Source of the DNA: Chthonomonas calidirosea
GTDB taxonomy: Bacteria > Armatimonadota > Fimbriimonadia > Fimbriimonadales > Fimbriimonadaceae
Assembly: GCA_945859975.1 (NCBI GenBank)
Contig: CAMAPH010000005.1
Span: forward strand, 1-64,000
Direction of reading: 5' to 3'
DNA: 64,000 bases
Under the pieces are notes generated by a model. The model did no database searches. It was not told the origin of the DNA and was given only the letters and a program-made list of their open reading frames with translations. Positions 10,431-20,571 of the stretch are shown here, piece after piece (positions within the stretch are counted from its first letter, which is position 1; each line of letters starts with the position of its first letter). Both the position numbers and the translations under genes were made by a program.

Positions 10431-11345
10431 ATGAAGCCCGCCGCGCTCAAAGCGGGCGATACGATTGCACTCGTATCGCCCGCTTCGCCGTTAAGCCCTG
10501 CCTCCATCGAGTTCATGGTCAACCTCTTGACCACTGAAGGCTACAAAACCGTGATTGGGCCCAACGCTTTCAATCGCGACGACTATCTGGCCGGTACCGA
10601 TGCGGAACGTGCTGCCGATCTTGAGTGGGCATTTTCGGACCCTTCGATCCAAGGCATCATGTGCACGCGTGGCGGATATGGCGTGGCCCGATTGCTGAGC
10701 CTTCTGGACCTAGACATGATGGCGGCCAGCCGAAAGCTGTTCTGCGGATTCTCCGACATCACGAGCCTGCATCTGGCGCTCAACGCACGTGGATTGCCGA
10801 CGCTCCACAGTCCGATGGCAATCACGCTAAGCAATCCTAAGGAGGATTGGGTGTACGAGTCACTTTTGGCCGCGCTGAAGGGAGAGAATCCGATTCCAGC
10901 CACCGCTCCCGTTGCAACGTGCGTTGTGGGTGGAGAAAGCGAAGGCGTGGTGACCGGCGGGTGTCTGTGCCTAATCGCAGACAGTCTGGCTACACCCAAC
11001 AGCATCGACTGCGCCGGAAAGATTGTGATCATCGAAGACGTCGACGAGAACCCACATCGCATTGACGCGATGCTCACGCACCTTTGCAATGCCGGCGAGA
11101 TTCAGCAATCCGCCGGAATCGTCATTGGAGAAATGACTCGGACGGATGAACGGGTGGATGAAGGCATCGGCGGCAAGCCGTGGCGAGACATTGTTGTAGA
11201 TCGCCTAGGTGATCTCGGAATCCCCATGATCATCGACTTTCCTTTTGGCCACGCAAAGAATCAACTTTCGTTGCCACTTGGCATTCGGGCACGGCTGAAT
11301 GCGGACGAAGGTCGTCTGGAATACACGGAAGCCTTATGCAGTTAA
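10431..11345 (+). CDS. LD-carboxypeptidase (S66 family)
   Basis: YLAGTDAERA, TRGGYG, GFSDIT, IEDV and PFGH cover the Ser/Glu/His triad motifs. Confidence 0.92.
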   Translation: MKPAALKAGDTIALVSPASPLSPASIEFMVNLLTTEGYKTVIGPNAFNRDDYLAGTDAERAADLEWAFSDPSIQGIMCTRGGYGVARLLSLLDLDMMAASRKLFCGFSDITSLHLALNARGLPTLHSPMAITLSNPKEDWVYESLLAALKGENPIPATAPVATCVVGGESEGVVTGGCLCLIADSLATPNSIDCAGKIVIIEDVDENPHRIDAMLTHLCNAGEIQQSAGIVIGEMTRTDERVDEGIGGKPWRDIVVDRLGDLGIPMIIDFPFGHAKNQLSLPLGIRARLNADEGRLEYTEALCS

Positions 11346-12733
11346 ACCGAAGCCTCACCATTTTTGGACTCCTGGGTCTGCTCGGAATCGGGTCGATGCC
11401 GCAGCCTACAAAGCAGTCTTGGGAAAAGACGCTGGCGCAGGGCTTCATGTACCGAATGGAGGTTGATCTGGAGGCGCCAAGGACCGTTCATGCGGTTCGC
11501 ATCAGCCCGAAGGCGGAGGGTGTCCGAGCCATCCCGGCGCTTCCCGGTAAAAACGTTTTCGATTCGACCCCGACGGTCGGCCGCGGAACGATGACCCGCA
11601 TGGCGATCGAGTACGACGCCTTTGGCGCGATCAACGCCGACTTCTTCCCGTTCTCCGCCGACCGATCTACCGGCGACCCTCTCGGTTTCATGTGTTCGGC
11701 AGGGGAGTTGATTTCATCGCCCGGCCGGACGAGGGCAGTTTTCGCGTGGGGGGATGAGGCATCTGCGACTGGCAATGTCGCGTTCACCGGTTCGCTGAAG
11801 GTTCCGGGTGGAACACCGATTCGAATCAATGGAGTGAATGAGGAAACGGGCCTGAACCAGGTCGTACTGAGTTCGCCGATGGGCGGAGTCGCGCTCGTCC
11901 GGGCCCCAAGTACCTCGGTCGTTCTAAAAACGACAACGCCAAAGCTTCCGTTGGACGGAGAGATTTCTGCGACGGTCGAATCCATTTCGGCCGACATTGC
12001 GAGCATTGCGGTTGGTCCGGATCGCCTGGTCTTGACGGCGCAAGGCACGGCAGCGCCGAACCTTTCGGCCCTGAAGCCAGGCACTGCCGTCACGATTTCG
12101 ATCAAGTGCACCGGATTCGACTGGTCGAAAACGCCTAACGCGATTGGTGGTGGCCCGAATCTCCTGCTTAAGGGAGAAACCAAGATCACGGCGACAGAAG
12201 AGGGCTTCGGCGAAGCCTTCTCCACAACGCGGCACCCGAGAACCGCCGTAGGCCGGACGAAGGACGGCGACGTCTGGTGGGTAGTGGTAGACGGCCGGAG
12301 CAAGCACAGTGTTGGCGCCTCGCTTGCCGAGCTAGCAGCGATCATGAAGCGGTTAGAGTGCGTGGATGCCGTGAACCTGGATGGTGGCGGCAGCAGTTCG
12401 CTCACCCTTGGCGGATCGCCGGTGAATCGGCCGAGCGGTGGAACGGAGCGCGCCGTTGCAAACGGTGTCGTATTTCAGATTCCCAAGTCCACCGGGCCCG
12501 CAGTGAAGACCGTCCGGCTGGTCAAGACCGCGGCTGGCGTCCAAGCGTTTGCCTCCGATGCATCGGGCAAGACGATTCCAAACGCTTTCGTGCTTTGGAG
12601 CGCATCGGCTGGCGGATGGATCGATCAAACGGGAATGCTTCGCGCCATCGCGGGAGGCACGATTAAGGTTTCCGCTTGGGCGGGTGGCCAGCGGGCGGAT
12701 GCATCAATAGAGCTTCAGCCCGCTGGCAATTGA
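11336..12733 (+). CDS. Phosphodiester glycosidase (NAGPA-like) family protein
   Basis: INADFF, HPRTAVG, VVDGR, NLDGGGSS. Signal peptide. Confidence 0.9.
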   Translation: MQLNRSLTIFGLLGLLGIGSMPQPTKQSWEKTLAQGFMYRMEVDLEAPRTVHAVRISPKAEGVRAIPALPGKNVFDSTPTVGRGTMTRMAIEYDAFGAINADFFPFSADRSTGDPLGFMCSAGELISSPGRTRAVFAWGDEASATGNVAFTGSLKVPGGTPIRINGVNEETGLNQVVLSSPMGGVALVRAPSTSVVLKTTTPKLPLDGEISATVESISADIASIAVGPDRLVLTAQGTAAPNLSALKPGTAVTISIKCTGFDWSKTPNAIGGGPNLLLKGETKITATEEGFGEAFSTTRHPRTAVGRTKDGDVWWVVVDGRSKHSVGASLAELAAIMKRLECVDAVNLDGGGSSSLTLGGSPVNRPSGGTERAVANGVVFQIPKSTGPAVKTVRLVKTAAGVQAFASDASGKTIPNAFVLWSASAGGWIDQTGMLRAIAGGTIKVSAWAGGQRADASIELQPAGN

Positions 12734-13966
12734 TTACTTGAGAATGTCGACGTGCTTGAAGTCTCCGCCTAGAACTAGGCCGGAGTCGCCGCTCATCCAA
12801 TCATCCAAAGTCGTCGCGTAGACACCGCGGAAGTCCTGGGTGAACGGTACGTCGCCGTTATCGAGGTTTACGAGGTCTGGCACGGGGCCATGGACTCCGC
12901 CCTTCACCTTGTTCCCGATAAGGAACATCGGGCCAGCATTGCCGTGATCCGTACCTAGCGAAGCGTTTTCTTGCACACGTCGACCGAACTCGGAGAAGGC
13001 GAGAACAATGACTTTGTCCGCTCGGCCAATTTTTTCCATTTCGGCCTGGAAGGTGGTAACCGCATCGGAGAATCCTTTCAGGAGTTTCTCATGCTGCTCG
13101 GCTTGCTTGGCGTGAGTGTCGAACCCACCCGCCGAGAAGTAGACGACTCGGGTAGCCGGCGAGGTAGCGACAAGCTGGGCGATTTGCTTGAATCCGTTTC
13201 CGAACGCGTCGTTGGCGTAGGTTCCAGTCGGGGTGTATTTGCCGACCTTTTCCTTGAGCACGCTCATTGCTTCGAGGGCGGTCTTGGAGGCCTTCTGAAC
13301 GATACTGGTGCTAGATCCTTCCATTGCGTCCATGCCTTGGACTTGGCGAAGCATCTTCTCGGTGTCCGCATCGCCAATCATGTTTTGCACATCGGTGAGC
13401 GAGGCGAAGCAGGGGACGCTGGCGTTTTTTCCGGCGAGGGCGAGGGGCTTCTCGGTGCTCAGGCCAAGGGCGACGACGGGGTTCAACGGGCTGAGCGCGA
13501 GCTGCTGATCGAAGTGTCGACCGATCCAGCCGTGCTTCAACTTCCCTTCCGGACTGGCGGACTGCCAGATTTCCATGCTCTTAAAGTGCGAACGGTTGGC
13601 TTTCGGATAGCCGACGTTTTGGATGACCGCAACTTTGCCTTGCTTGTAAAGACCATGCAGGCCTGTCATGCCAGGGTGCAGAGCCATTTGCTCGTTCAAC
13701 TTGAGCGCGACGGATTCCTTTACGCCAACGTTAGGGCGCAGTTCGTAGTAGCGCGGGCTGGTGTAAGGGACAACGGTATTTAGGCCATCGTTACCACCGG
13801 AGAGCTGGCATACGATAAGAACGGTGTCGTTTGCCGCTTTGCCACCTTTGGCTTGATTGACAACGTCGGCATGGGCGACCGCCGAAAGCCACCTTGGGGC
13901 AACGAGCCCGATCGCAATGACGCTTCCGCCTTTGAGAATTTCGCGTCGAGTTAAAAAGTCGCTCAT
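12734..13966 (-). CDS. DUF1501 family protein with Tat-like signal
   Basis: LTRREILK, LSGGNDGLNTVVPY, NRSHF, GGFDTH, FSEFGRR, GTDHG. Confidence 0.92.
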   Translation of the reverse strand: MSDFLTRREILKGGSVIAIGLVAPRWLSAVAHADVVNQAKGGKAANDTVLIVCQLSGGNDGLNTVVPYTSPRYYELRPNVGVKESVALKLNEQMALHPGMTGLHGLYKQGKVAVIQNVGYPKANRSHFKSMEIWQSASPEGKLKHGWIGRHFDQQLALSPLNPVVALGLSTEKPLALAGKNASVPCFASLTDVQNMIGDADTEKMLRQVQGMDAMEGSSTSIVQKASKTALEAMSVLKEKVGKYTPTGTYANDAFGNGFKQIAQLVATSPATRVVYFSAGGFDTHAKQAEQHEKLLKGFSDAVTTFQAEMEKIGRADKVIVLAFSEFGRRVQENASLGTDHGNAGPMFLIGNKVKGGVHGPVPDLVNLDNGDVPFTQDFRGVYATTLDDWMSGDSGLVLGGDFKHVDILK

Positions 13967-14093
13967 GGTTCCGATCCTTCCTGATTATCCGTCAATGCGC
14001 GGATTACGTGAAGTAGGACGCTGGAAGTTTTCAGACGTTCAGTGACGAAACCGAGGTCCCATGTAGACTTTACGAGTTGTAGGGGGAGGAAAC

Positions 14094-14513
14094 ATGGATA
14101 GAAAAAGCATTATTCCGGCGTTTGTGCTTGCTTCCATTGTCCTTTTCGTCTTCTTCCGACTGCAAAACTACGGGCCACAAAGCGCGGTTCGAAGATTCCA
14201 TCAGGCCATCGAGGCTCGAGACTCGCGGGAGTTGCAGGAGGTCGTTGATGAGCCCGTTGAATCGGCGAGCGTTCGCACCCTCTTGGCAACCGTCACGGTT
14301 CTGCTGCGAAACGGTCCACCGGGACTGCTCGGAGCGAGGGGTTCCAGCACCGAAGAGCGGTTACTGATCACCTACCGAGACGAGATAGGGAATCCCTTTC
14401 CTATCGTCTTTATCGTCACGAAGAACCCGACCGATCGTAACTGGAAGATCAATGCCTCGAAAACCACGAACGCGCTGAAAGACTACTTAAACGCAGTTTA
14501 CGGCGGGCGTTGA
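14094..14513 (+). CDS. Hypothetical single-TM protein (NTF2/DUF4878-like)
   Basis: GGAGG SD, N-terminal TM, P..AV..F..A pattern and C-terminal WKI. Confidence 0.65.
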   Translation: MDRKSIIPAFVLASIVLFVFFRLQNYGPQSAVRRFHQAIEARDSRELQEVVDEPVESASVRTLLATVTVLLRNGPPGLLGARGSSTEERLLITYRDEIGNPFPIVFIVTKNPTDRNWKINASKTTNALKDYLNAVYGGR

Positions 14514-14572
14514 CAGCGGTTTCGCGGTTTCGGGAACAACAGACCGGGTTGCTAAGGTTTAATTACGTGCGC

Positions 14573-15010
14573 ATGAATCGTTTTGGCCGCGTGAATATCA
14601 TCCTGGTGGTCGGCATTGCCGTAGTGCTGATGCTGGGCTACGTGATCTTCATGACCCGCGAGAGCGTGCAGACCGTGGGCACGAAGTTTATGTCCGCCCT
14701 CGCGAAAGGGGACGTAAATACTCTCACCGAGCTTTCTGCCCTCGACGGCCGCGACAAGGAAGACTTGCGAAAGCAGTGGGACTTTGCGATCAACAAGGCC
14801 GGCAAGCACTACCTGTTCCGCTGGCGAATCATGGGCTCGAAGGAAGCAGACGAGAGCTCTGCCGCCGTTCGAATGCAGGTCATTAGAAATGCGATGTCCT
14901 CTGCATCGTACGAAGAGAACTTCCAGCTGCCGATGGTGAAAGAAGACGGTCGGTGGAAAGTCGATGTCGGCAACATCAGTCGCGACATGTTCCCGGCTTT
15001 GCCGCGTTAA
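14573..15010 (+). CDS. Hypothetical single-TM protein (NTF2/DUF4878-like)
   Basis: N-terminal TM, FMSALAKGD and MVKEDGRWKV. Start approximate. Confidence 0.7.
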   Translation: MNRFGRVNIILVVGIAVVLMLGYVIFMTRESVQTVGTKFMSALAKGDVNTLTELSALDGRDKEDLRKQWDFAINKAGKHYLFRWRIMGSKEADESSAAVRMQVIRNAMSSASYEENFQLPMVKEDGRWKVDVGNISRDMFPALPR

Positions 15011-15019
15011 TCTGAACCC

Positions 15020-15394
15020 GTGAGAAAGAAAGCCGCCGAAACTCGACTCTATCGTTCCGAAATGAACGACAAGATTCTCAATGCGGGTTTCCGCGACTTC
15101 AACCGGTTCTTTGCCCACGATGCGAATGCCTACCAAGACGGCGCAATCTCGGTCAAAAACAAAGAACTAATGGGCCTGGTTGGATCCATGGTCCTTCGAT
15201 GCAACGATTGCATCTTCTACCATCTCGACCGATGCGTCACCGAAGGCGCAAGCCGGGAAGAGCTAAACGAGGCGATGAACATTGCCTTGGTGATCGGCGG
15301 CAGCATCGTGATTCCGCACTTGCGATACGCGTTTGAGATGCTGGATGAACTGATCCCCTCGCCAAACGACGAAACCAACGTTACAATTGACTAA
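15020..15394 (+). CDS. Carboxymuconolactone decarboxylase / AhpD-core family protein
   Basis: KELMGLVGSMVLRCNDCIFYH (CxxC). Confidence 0.9.
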   Translation: MRKKAAETRLYRSEMNDKILNAGFRDFNRFFAHDANAYQDGAISVKNKELMGLVGSMVLRCNDCIFYHLDRCVTEGASREELNEAMNIALVIGGSIVIPHLRYAFEMLDELIPSPNDETNVTID

Positions 15395-15397
15395 ACC

Positions 15398-16717
15398 ATG
15401 TCGGCCGAGTTTGGGTTATTGCTTGCATCCATCGGCCTGATTCTGGCTAATGCGTTCTTTGTGGCTTCCGAGTATGCGTTGCTCAGCGCCCGCCGAGGGC
15501 ACTTTGAGGCGCTTGCAAAGAAAGGAAACCGCTCCGCCGCGCTGATTGTTGATGCCCTCGACAACATGGCACCCTACGTCGCGGGGATGCAGGTGTACAT
15601 TACGATGCTCGGCATCGGAATTGGCTTGGTCGCAGAGCCGTTCATTTCCGGTCAGCTTCGGATTTTGCTGCTGACGATGTTGTCCGAAGAGACGCTTTAC
15701 TCCTTCCGAACCGGCGTTTCCATTTTCTCGGTCGCGACGATTACGTACTTCACGGTGGTTTTTGGCGAACTTGTGCCGAAGTTCGTGTCGCTTCGGGCGG
15801 CGGACCAATTGGCGCTGATCGCAATCCGACCGCTTCGGTTCTGCGTTCGGTTCGCGAAGCCGCTCGTCATGCTGGTGCAAAGCTCGGCGGTGTTGGTGCT
15901 GCGTCCATTTGGGATCAATGCCGACACCGAGCAGGACGCAGTCTCCCGCGACGAGCTGATGATGCTGATCCGTAGCGGCGGCAACGCGGGCGTCCTCGAC
16001 AAGTCTCACGCGGAGATGGTCAACCGTGCGTTGCGGCTCGACAACCTGAGCGCCCGCGACATCATGATCCACCGGCTGGACATGAAATGGCTTGACAGCA
16101 AGCTCGATGCCAAGCAGCTTTTGGAGCGAGTTAAGACGATGCCGTACAACCGATTTCCGGTTTGCCGGGGCGACATCGACGACCTCGTTGGCATCGTGTA
16201 CATCCACGACATCATCAACCACCTGGACGATCCGAACCTTGATTTGGAGTCCATTGCAAGACCACCCGTCGCCGTGCCAGAGAACCTGAGCTTGGAGCGA
16301 CTGGTGGAAATGATGCGCCAGAACAAGACCCAGATGGTTATTGTGATGGACGAGTACGGCGGCACCAGCGGCCTGATCACGCTGGAAGACGTGATTGAGG
16401 AGGTGTTCGGGGAACTTGAGGACAGCCTGGAAAGCGAGCGTCCGGCGATCACGGTTTATCCTGGCGGGCGCGTCTCAGCCCGAGCAGATCTTCGATATGA
16501 CGAGCTCATTTCGAAGTTGGGGCTGGACGGCGACGAGCCAAACACCGAAACTTTGGCAACGATCGTGATCAACGAGCTTGAGCGAGTGCCGCGGACTGGC
16601 GATACCACCGAGATTGAGCTTGGACTGATGCGAGTCGAAAACATGGCGCGGCGACGAATAACGCGCGTTTCGATTCAGTTGAAACCTGAATTTGCCGATC
16701 TTGTTCAGGCTTCGTAG
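15398..16717 (+). CDS. Hemolysin-family CNNM/CBS/CorC transporter
   Basis: ANAFFVASEYA, GELVPK, DEYGGTSGLITLED. Confidence 0.93.
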   Translation: MSAEFGLLLASIGLILANAFFVASEYALLSARRGHFEALAKKGNRSAALIVDALDNMAPYVAGMQVYITMLGIGIGLVAEPFISGQLRILLLTMLSEETLYSFRTGVSIFSVATITYFTVVFGELVPKFVSLRAADQLALIAIRPLRFCVRFAKPLVMLVQSSAVLVLRPFGINADTEQDAVSRDELMMLIRSGGNAGVLDKSHAEMVNRALRLDNLSARDIMIHRLDMKWLDSKLDAKQLLERVKTMPYNRFPVCRGDIDDLVGIVYIHDIINHLDDPNLDLESIARPPVAVPENLSLERLVEMMRQNKTQMVIVMDEYGGTSGLITLEDVIEEVFGELEDSLESERPAITVYPGGRVSARADLRYDELISKLGLDGDEPNTETLATIVINELERVPRTGDTTEIELGLMRVENMARRRITRVSIQLKPEFADLVQAS

Positions 16718-16777
16718 TAGTCTATTAACAATGATCGGTTTCGCGCCGATAGTCGGGGACGGGAGGGGAAAGGAAGG

Positions 16778-18565
16778 ATGGCGATTGCTGTAAATAAGAC
16801 TACGCCTGAGCCGAGTGAAGGCATTCTCACTTTTCGGCGACTTTGGACCGAACTGATCCCTTTCAGGCCGCGGATGGCGTTCATCGCCTTTCTCACGATC
16901 ATCCAGACGCTGTTTGGCTTTGTGCCGCCACTGATTCTCGGCGACATTGTCAACCTGCTGCAGCGCGGCGAAAAGATCAACACGGTGTTGTATCTGGCGT
17001 ACATCGTGGCGTTCTCGCTTGCGAGCGGCGGGCTTGGATACGCCCTGTCGGTGCAGATGAGCATGCTGGGCCAGTCATTCCTGCTGTCGATGCGGGAAAA
17101 GCTGTTGGGGCACATGCAGCAGCTTCCGATGGCCTACTTCGAGAAGAACCAGACCGGAAAGCTCGTGAGCAACGTGATGAACGACGCTGGCACCGTGAAC
17201 CAGCTGATTACGTCCAACCTGCCGACGATGATGGGGGACTTTGTGCAGCTCACACTGGTCACGGTTGTCCTGCTAAAGATCAACTGGGTGATGGCCCTGA
17301 TCAGCCTGAGCATCGCACCGGTTTATATCTGGAACTTCCGCCACTTCTTCCCGAAATTGCAGAGCACGAGCAACGACATTCGGGCGAAGCGCGACACGAT
17401 GTACGGTCAGATGCAAGAAAAGCTGACCGGTATCGCCACCGTGAAGGGGTTTGGCCAGGAGCGATTTGAGAGCCGCGTGTTCATGTCGAACACCCGCGAC
17501 ATCATGGGTCTCAACATGCACCAAGGCGCGCTCGGCGGTGGACTCTGGACCATTGCGGACGCACTTTGCGGCGTTGCGACCGGACTCGTTTTATGGTACG
17601 GCGGAACCCAGTGCATCCAAGGCAAGATGGAAGCGGGAACCCTCGTCATGTTCCTGCTCTACGCGGTTGGCTACATCTACGGCCCGATTGTTCGGTTCTT
17701 GGTCGTGCTGGACCCGATCGCTCGCGCTCAAGCCGCCTTGTACCGAATCTTCCGCACGATGAGTCTTTCGAACTCGATCGTCGATCAGCCAGATGCGCTA
17801 CCGATGCCGACTATCGAGGGGACCGTTCGATTTGAGGACGTGTGGTTCGAATACGAGCCTGGGCAGCCGGTTTTGAAGGGGATCAAGCTCGAGGCGAAGC
17901 CGGGGCAAACGGTGGCGCTCGTCGGCTTCTCCGGCAGCGGAAAGACCACGATGGCTTCCCTGCTGCTTCGGCACTATGACCCGACGACCGGACGGATTAC
18001 GATTGACGGGCGGGACTTGCACGACGTGCAACTGCGGAGCTATCGACGGCAGGTCGGCGTGGTTGCACAGGAGAGCATTCTGTTCAACTCCTCGATTCGG
18101 GAGAACATCCGCTACGGTCGGCTCGAAGCCACGGATAACGAAGTCGAAGACGCGGCGATTGCGGCGAGCATCCACGAGACTATCCTTGCCTTGCCCGAAG
18201 GTTACGAGACGAAGATTGGCGAAGACGGGATTAAGCTGTCGGTCGGCGAGAAGCAGCGCTTGGCGATTGCGCGCGCCCTGCTGGCCGATCCACGCATTTT
18301 GATTCTGGACGAAGCTACGAGCTCGCTGGACAGCCAGACGGAAGCCCTGCTACAGTCGGCGCTAGATAACTTGCTGCGAGGAAGGACCAGCTTCGTGATC
18401 GCGCACCGGCTGTCGACGATTGTTGGTGCGGATCAGATTTTGGTTTTGGAGAAAGGTGTGGTCACCGAGCAAGGGACGCACGCCGAGTTGGTTGCGGGAA
18501 CGGGACTGTACTCGCGGCTCTACCGAGAGCAGTTCCGGGTGGCGTTGGAACCGGTTGCCGGGTGA
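16778..18565 (+). CDS. ABC exporter, fused permease/ATPase (MsbA-like)
   Basis: TM domain, GFSGSGKT, LSVGEKQR, ILDEATS, IAHRLST. Confidence 0.93.
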   Translation: MAIAVNKTTPEPSEGILTFRRLWTELIPFRPRMAFIAFLTIIQTLFGFVPPLILGDIVNLLQRGEKINTVLYLAYIVAFSLASGGLGYALSVQMSMLGQSFLLSMREKLLGHMQQLPMAYFEKNQTGKLVSNVMNDAGTVNQLITSNLPTMMGDFVQLTLVTVVLLKINWVMALISLSIAPVYIWNFRHFFPKLQSTSNDIRAKRDTMYGQMQEKLTGIATVKGFGQERFESRVFMSNTRDIMGLNMHQGALGGGLWTIADALCGVATGLVLWYGGTQCIQGKMEAGTLVMFLLYAVGYIYGPIVRFLVVLDPIARAQAALYRIFRTMSLSNSIVDQPDALPMPTIEGTVRFEDVWFEYEPGQPVLKGIKLEAKPGQTVALVGFSGSGKTTMASLLLRHYDPTTGRITIDGRDLHDVQLRSYRRQVGVVAQESILFNSSIRENIRYGRLEATDNEVEDAAIAASIHETILALPEGYETKIGEDGIKLSVGEKQRLAIARALLADPRILILDEATSSLDSQTEALLQSALDNLLRGRTSFVIAHRLSTIVGADQILVLEKGVVTEQGTHAELVAGTGLYSRLYREQFRVALEPVAG

Positions 18566-18596
18566 CGGCAGTTCAAAAAAATTGTGTAGTTTTCTG

Positions 18597-18625
18597 TTGA
18601 CACAATCAGGTGTGTTAGTTATACT
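18597..18625 (+). promoter_or_regulatory. Near-consensus sigma70 promoter, leaderless architecture
   Basis: TTGACA(18597)-N17-TATACT(18620), 6 nt before ATG18632, with an A/T-rich tract upstream. Confidence 0.85.
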
Positions 18626-18631
18626 TTCTTT

Positions 18632-19000
18632 ATGAGTTCCCCTTGGAACGTCCTTGCGATCTCTTTGTTTTTGCCGTTAGGTTTTCTATCAGAAGCCACT
18701 TTTTCGTCTAGCCCTGAAATTGAGGCTGGATGTGCAGCGTCATCGCCGGGCGTGGCTTGCCTGAAATGTACACCTTCGGCCTGCTTTAACTACGATCTCC
18801 TTGTTAGTACCTCCACCGCAGTCGTAAAGACTTGCGTTGACGCGGATCGCGATGGAATAGGCCATTGTGTGAATACGCCACGTGAGTATTTCGATATGTA
18901 TCTTGATGGGGACTACAATGGCGACTGCTATAAAGACGACTGCTACAATTCGTGGCTGTCGTTCCCATATCTTCAGTGCCAGAACCCTTATCCGCTATAA
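18632..19000 (+). CDS. Small Cys-rich, probably secreted protein
   Basis: Hydrophobic N-terminus, 9 Cys, DxDxDG motif, strong promoter directly upstream. Confidence 0.7.
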   Translation: MSSPWNVLAISLFLPLGFLSEATFSSSPEIEAGCAASSPGVACLKCTPSACFNYDLLVSTSTAVVKTCVDADRDGIGHCVNTPREYFDMYLDGDYNGDCYKDDCYNSWLSFPYLQCQNPYPL

Positions 19001-19001
19001 C

Positions 19002-19580
19002 ATGAAAACGAACGCTAAAATTCTTGCATTGACGCTTTCAGCAACTTGCCTATTTTTTGCAGGCAAAGGAATCGCCGGCGGGCTAAAGCCGCGTCCACAA
19101 GACGATAACACCATCATCGTGAACAACACCGGCCCTGAAGAGGCTCACGTCCTTGCGGGCGAGGCGCACTTGAGAAAGGTTTATGCTCGCCTGAAGGAAG
19201 GTAATTTTTCGAATGAGGCCGCGAAGGCGATTAGCTTTGCAGATCGCCGGATGCCTTTCTCGCACTTGGCAGCGAATCCCTCCACACGAGACGAGCGGAC
19301 CGGCAACTTGGGCATTTTTAAAGACCTTGAAGATAAAGATGTCATCGCCTACACCGATGTTTATCTTTACCGAAACTGCGTGAAGTTCGTACGGACCAAG
19401 CCGACCGGTTATACCCTTGTTCTATACAAGGATGGAACCATTCGGCGGGTGACGGAATGCGAAAAGCGCGTCGGTGTACCAAACGAACAAGGTGTCTCGC
19501 TATTTCTTTACCCTGGAATGCCGGGCTACGACAAGGGCCAAGCTAGTCCTTGGTGTATGGACGAAAGCAAGCCAGATTAG
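19002..19580 (+). CDS. Hypothetical exported protein
   Basis: ATG 1 nt after the previous stop. Signal-like MKTNAKILALTLSATCLFFA. Confidence 0.7.
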   Translation: MKTNAKILALTLSATCLFFAGKGIAGGLKPRPQDDNTIIVNNTGPEEAHVLAGEAHLRKVYARLKEGNFSNEAAKAISFADRRMPFSHLAANPSTRDERTGNLGIFKDLEDKDVIAYTDVYLYRNCVKFVRTKPTGYTLVLYKDGTIRRVTECEKRVGVPNEQGVSLFLYPGMPGYDKGQASPWCMDESKPD

Positions 19581-20509
19581 GGCGCTAGCGGATCCTGGAA
19601 GTTTGAACCTAACGCGGTGAGACGCCGGATTCGGTCTTCGGTTGGAGGATGGGTACTGAACATGCCATCGCCACCGTGCAGACGAAGCGGGTTGATGATG
19701 TACATGTGTTGGGTTGCCCGGTTGGCACCCTCTAGGACTTCGGCATCGTTCTCAATCTTCCAAAGCGCGCTCGCGAGGCCATCGGGGTTGCGGGTCATGT
19801 CGGCGGCGGTGGCGTCAGCGAGGTACTCCCGCTGACGACTCACTGCCATTTTCAGCAGCACCGCAAACAACGGCGCGATTAGCGATAGCACGATGCCGAC
19901 GATGGTTAGGATTTGGCCGAGCTGACCGCTCTCGCGGTCGTCATCGCGGCGTCGACCGCCGTACCACTGCATTCGCAGGAACCCATCGGCCAGCAGGGGA
20001 ATCGCTCCCGCTATGAGGGCGACGGTGGTCATCAGCCGCACGTCGTAGTTGCGAATGTGCGCCATCTCGTGCGCCATGACGCCTTGGAGTTCGTCCCGAT
20101 TAAGCTTCTGCAACAATCCGGTTGTGATGGCAACGGCGGAGTTTTCCGGTGTTCGGCCAGTAGCAAACGCGTTAGGCGCGCTGTCTTCGATCACCCAGAC
20201 TTCAGGCATCGGGAGGCCGCTGGCGATGGCCATTTCTTCCACGACGTTGCGCAGCATTCTGTCCTCCACGTCTGTGGCGTGACGCGCACCGGACATTTGC
20301 AGAACCAACTTCGGCCCAGCGTACGTGGCGACAAGGCACAAAATGACGCCTAGTGCGGAGCTACCAATGGCCCCGTAAATCAGATACTTGGGATAGTACG
20401 AGCCGATGATGACGGTGCCGAGTGCAACCAGCAAAAGGAAGAGTAGAGAAACCCAAAGCATGCTGGCGCGTTTGTTGGCGGCAATTTGCTCGGGAAGCGT
20501 CCTTTTCAT
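19577..20509 (-). CDS. htpX: M48 zinc metalloprotease HtpX
   Basis: PNAFATG, AHEMAH, SRQREYLAD, FSTHPP. Confidence 0.92.
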   Translation of the reverse strand: MKRTLPEQIAANKRASMLWVSLLFLLLVALGTVIIGSYYPKYLIYGAIGSSALGVILCLVATYAGPKLVLQMSGARHATDVEDRMLRNVVEEMAIASGLPMPEVWVIEDSAPNAFATGRTPENSAVAITTGLLQKLNRDELQGVMAHEMAHIRNYDVRLMTTVALIAGAIPLLADGFLRMQWYGGRRRDDDRESGQLGQILTIVGIVLSLIAPLFAVLLKMAVSRQREYLADATAADMTRNPDGLASALWKIENDAEVLEGANRATQHMYIINPLRLHGGDGMFSTHPPTEDRIRRLTALGSNFQDPLAP

Positions 20510-20571
20510 CCGTTCTAGGGATTACCCCGGAAACGGGGCTCGCGTTGCACCGTAGACTAGAAATTCAACCT

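Noticed and set aside
16778..19000. ABC exporter plus Cys-rich peptide as a RiPP/bacteriocin cluster
   Set aside because: The transporter has no C39 peptidase domain, the peptide has a Sec-like signal and its own promoter, and no modifying enzymes are present.
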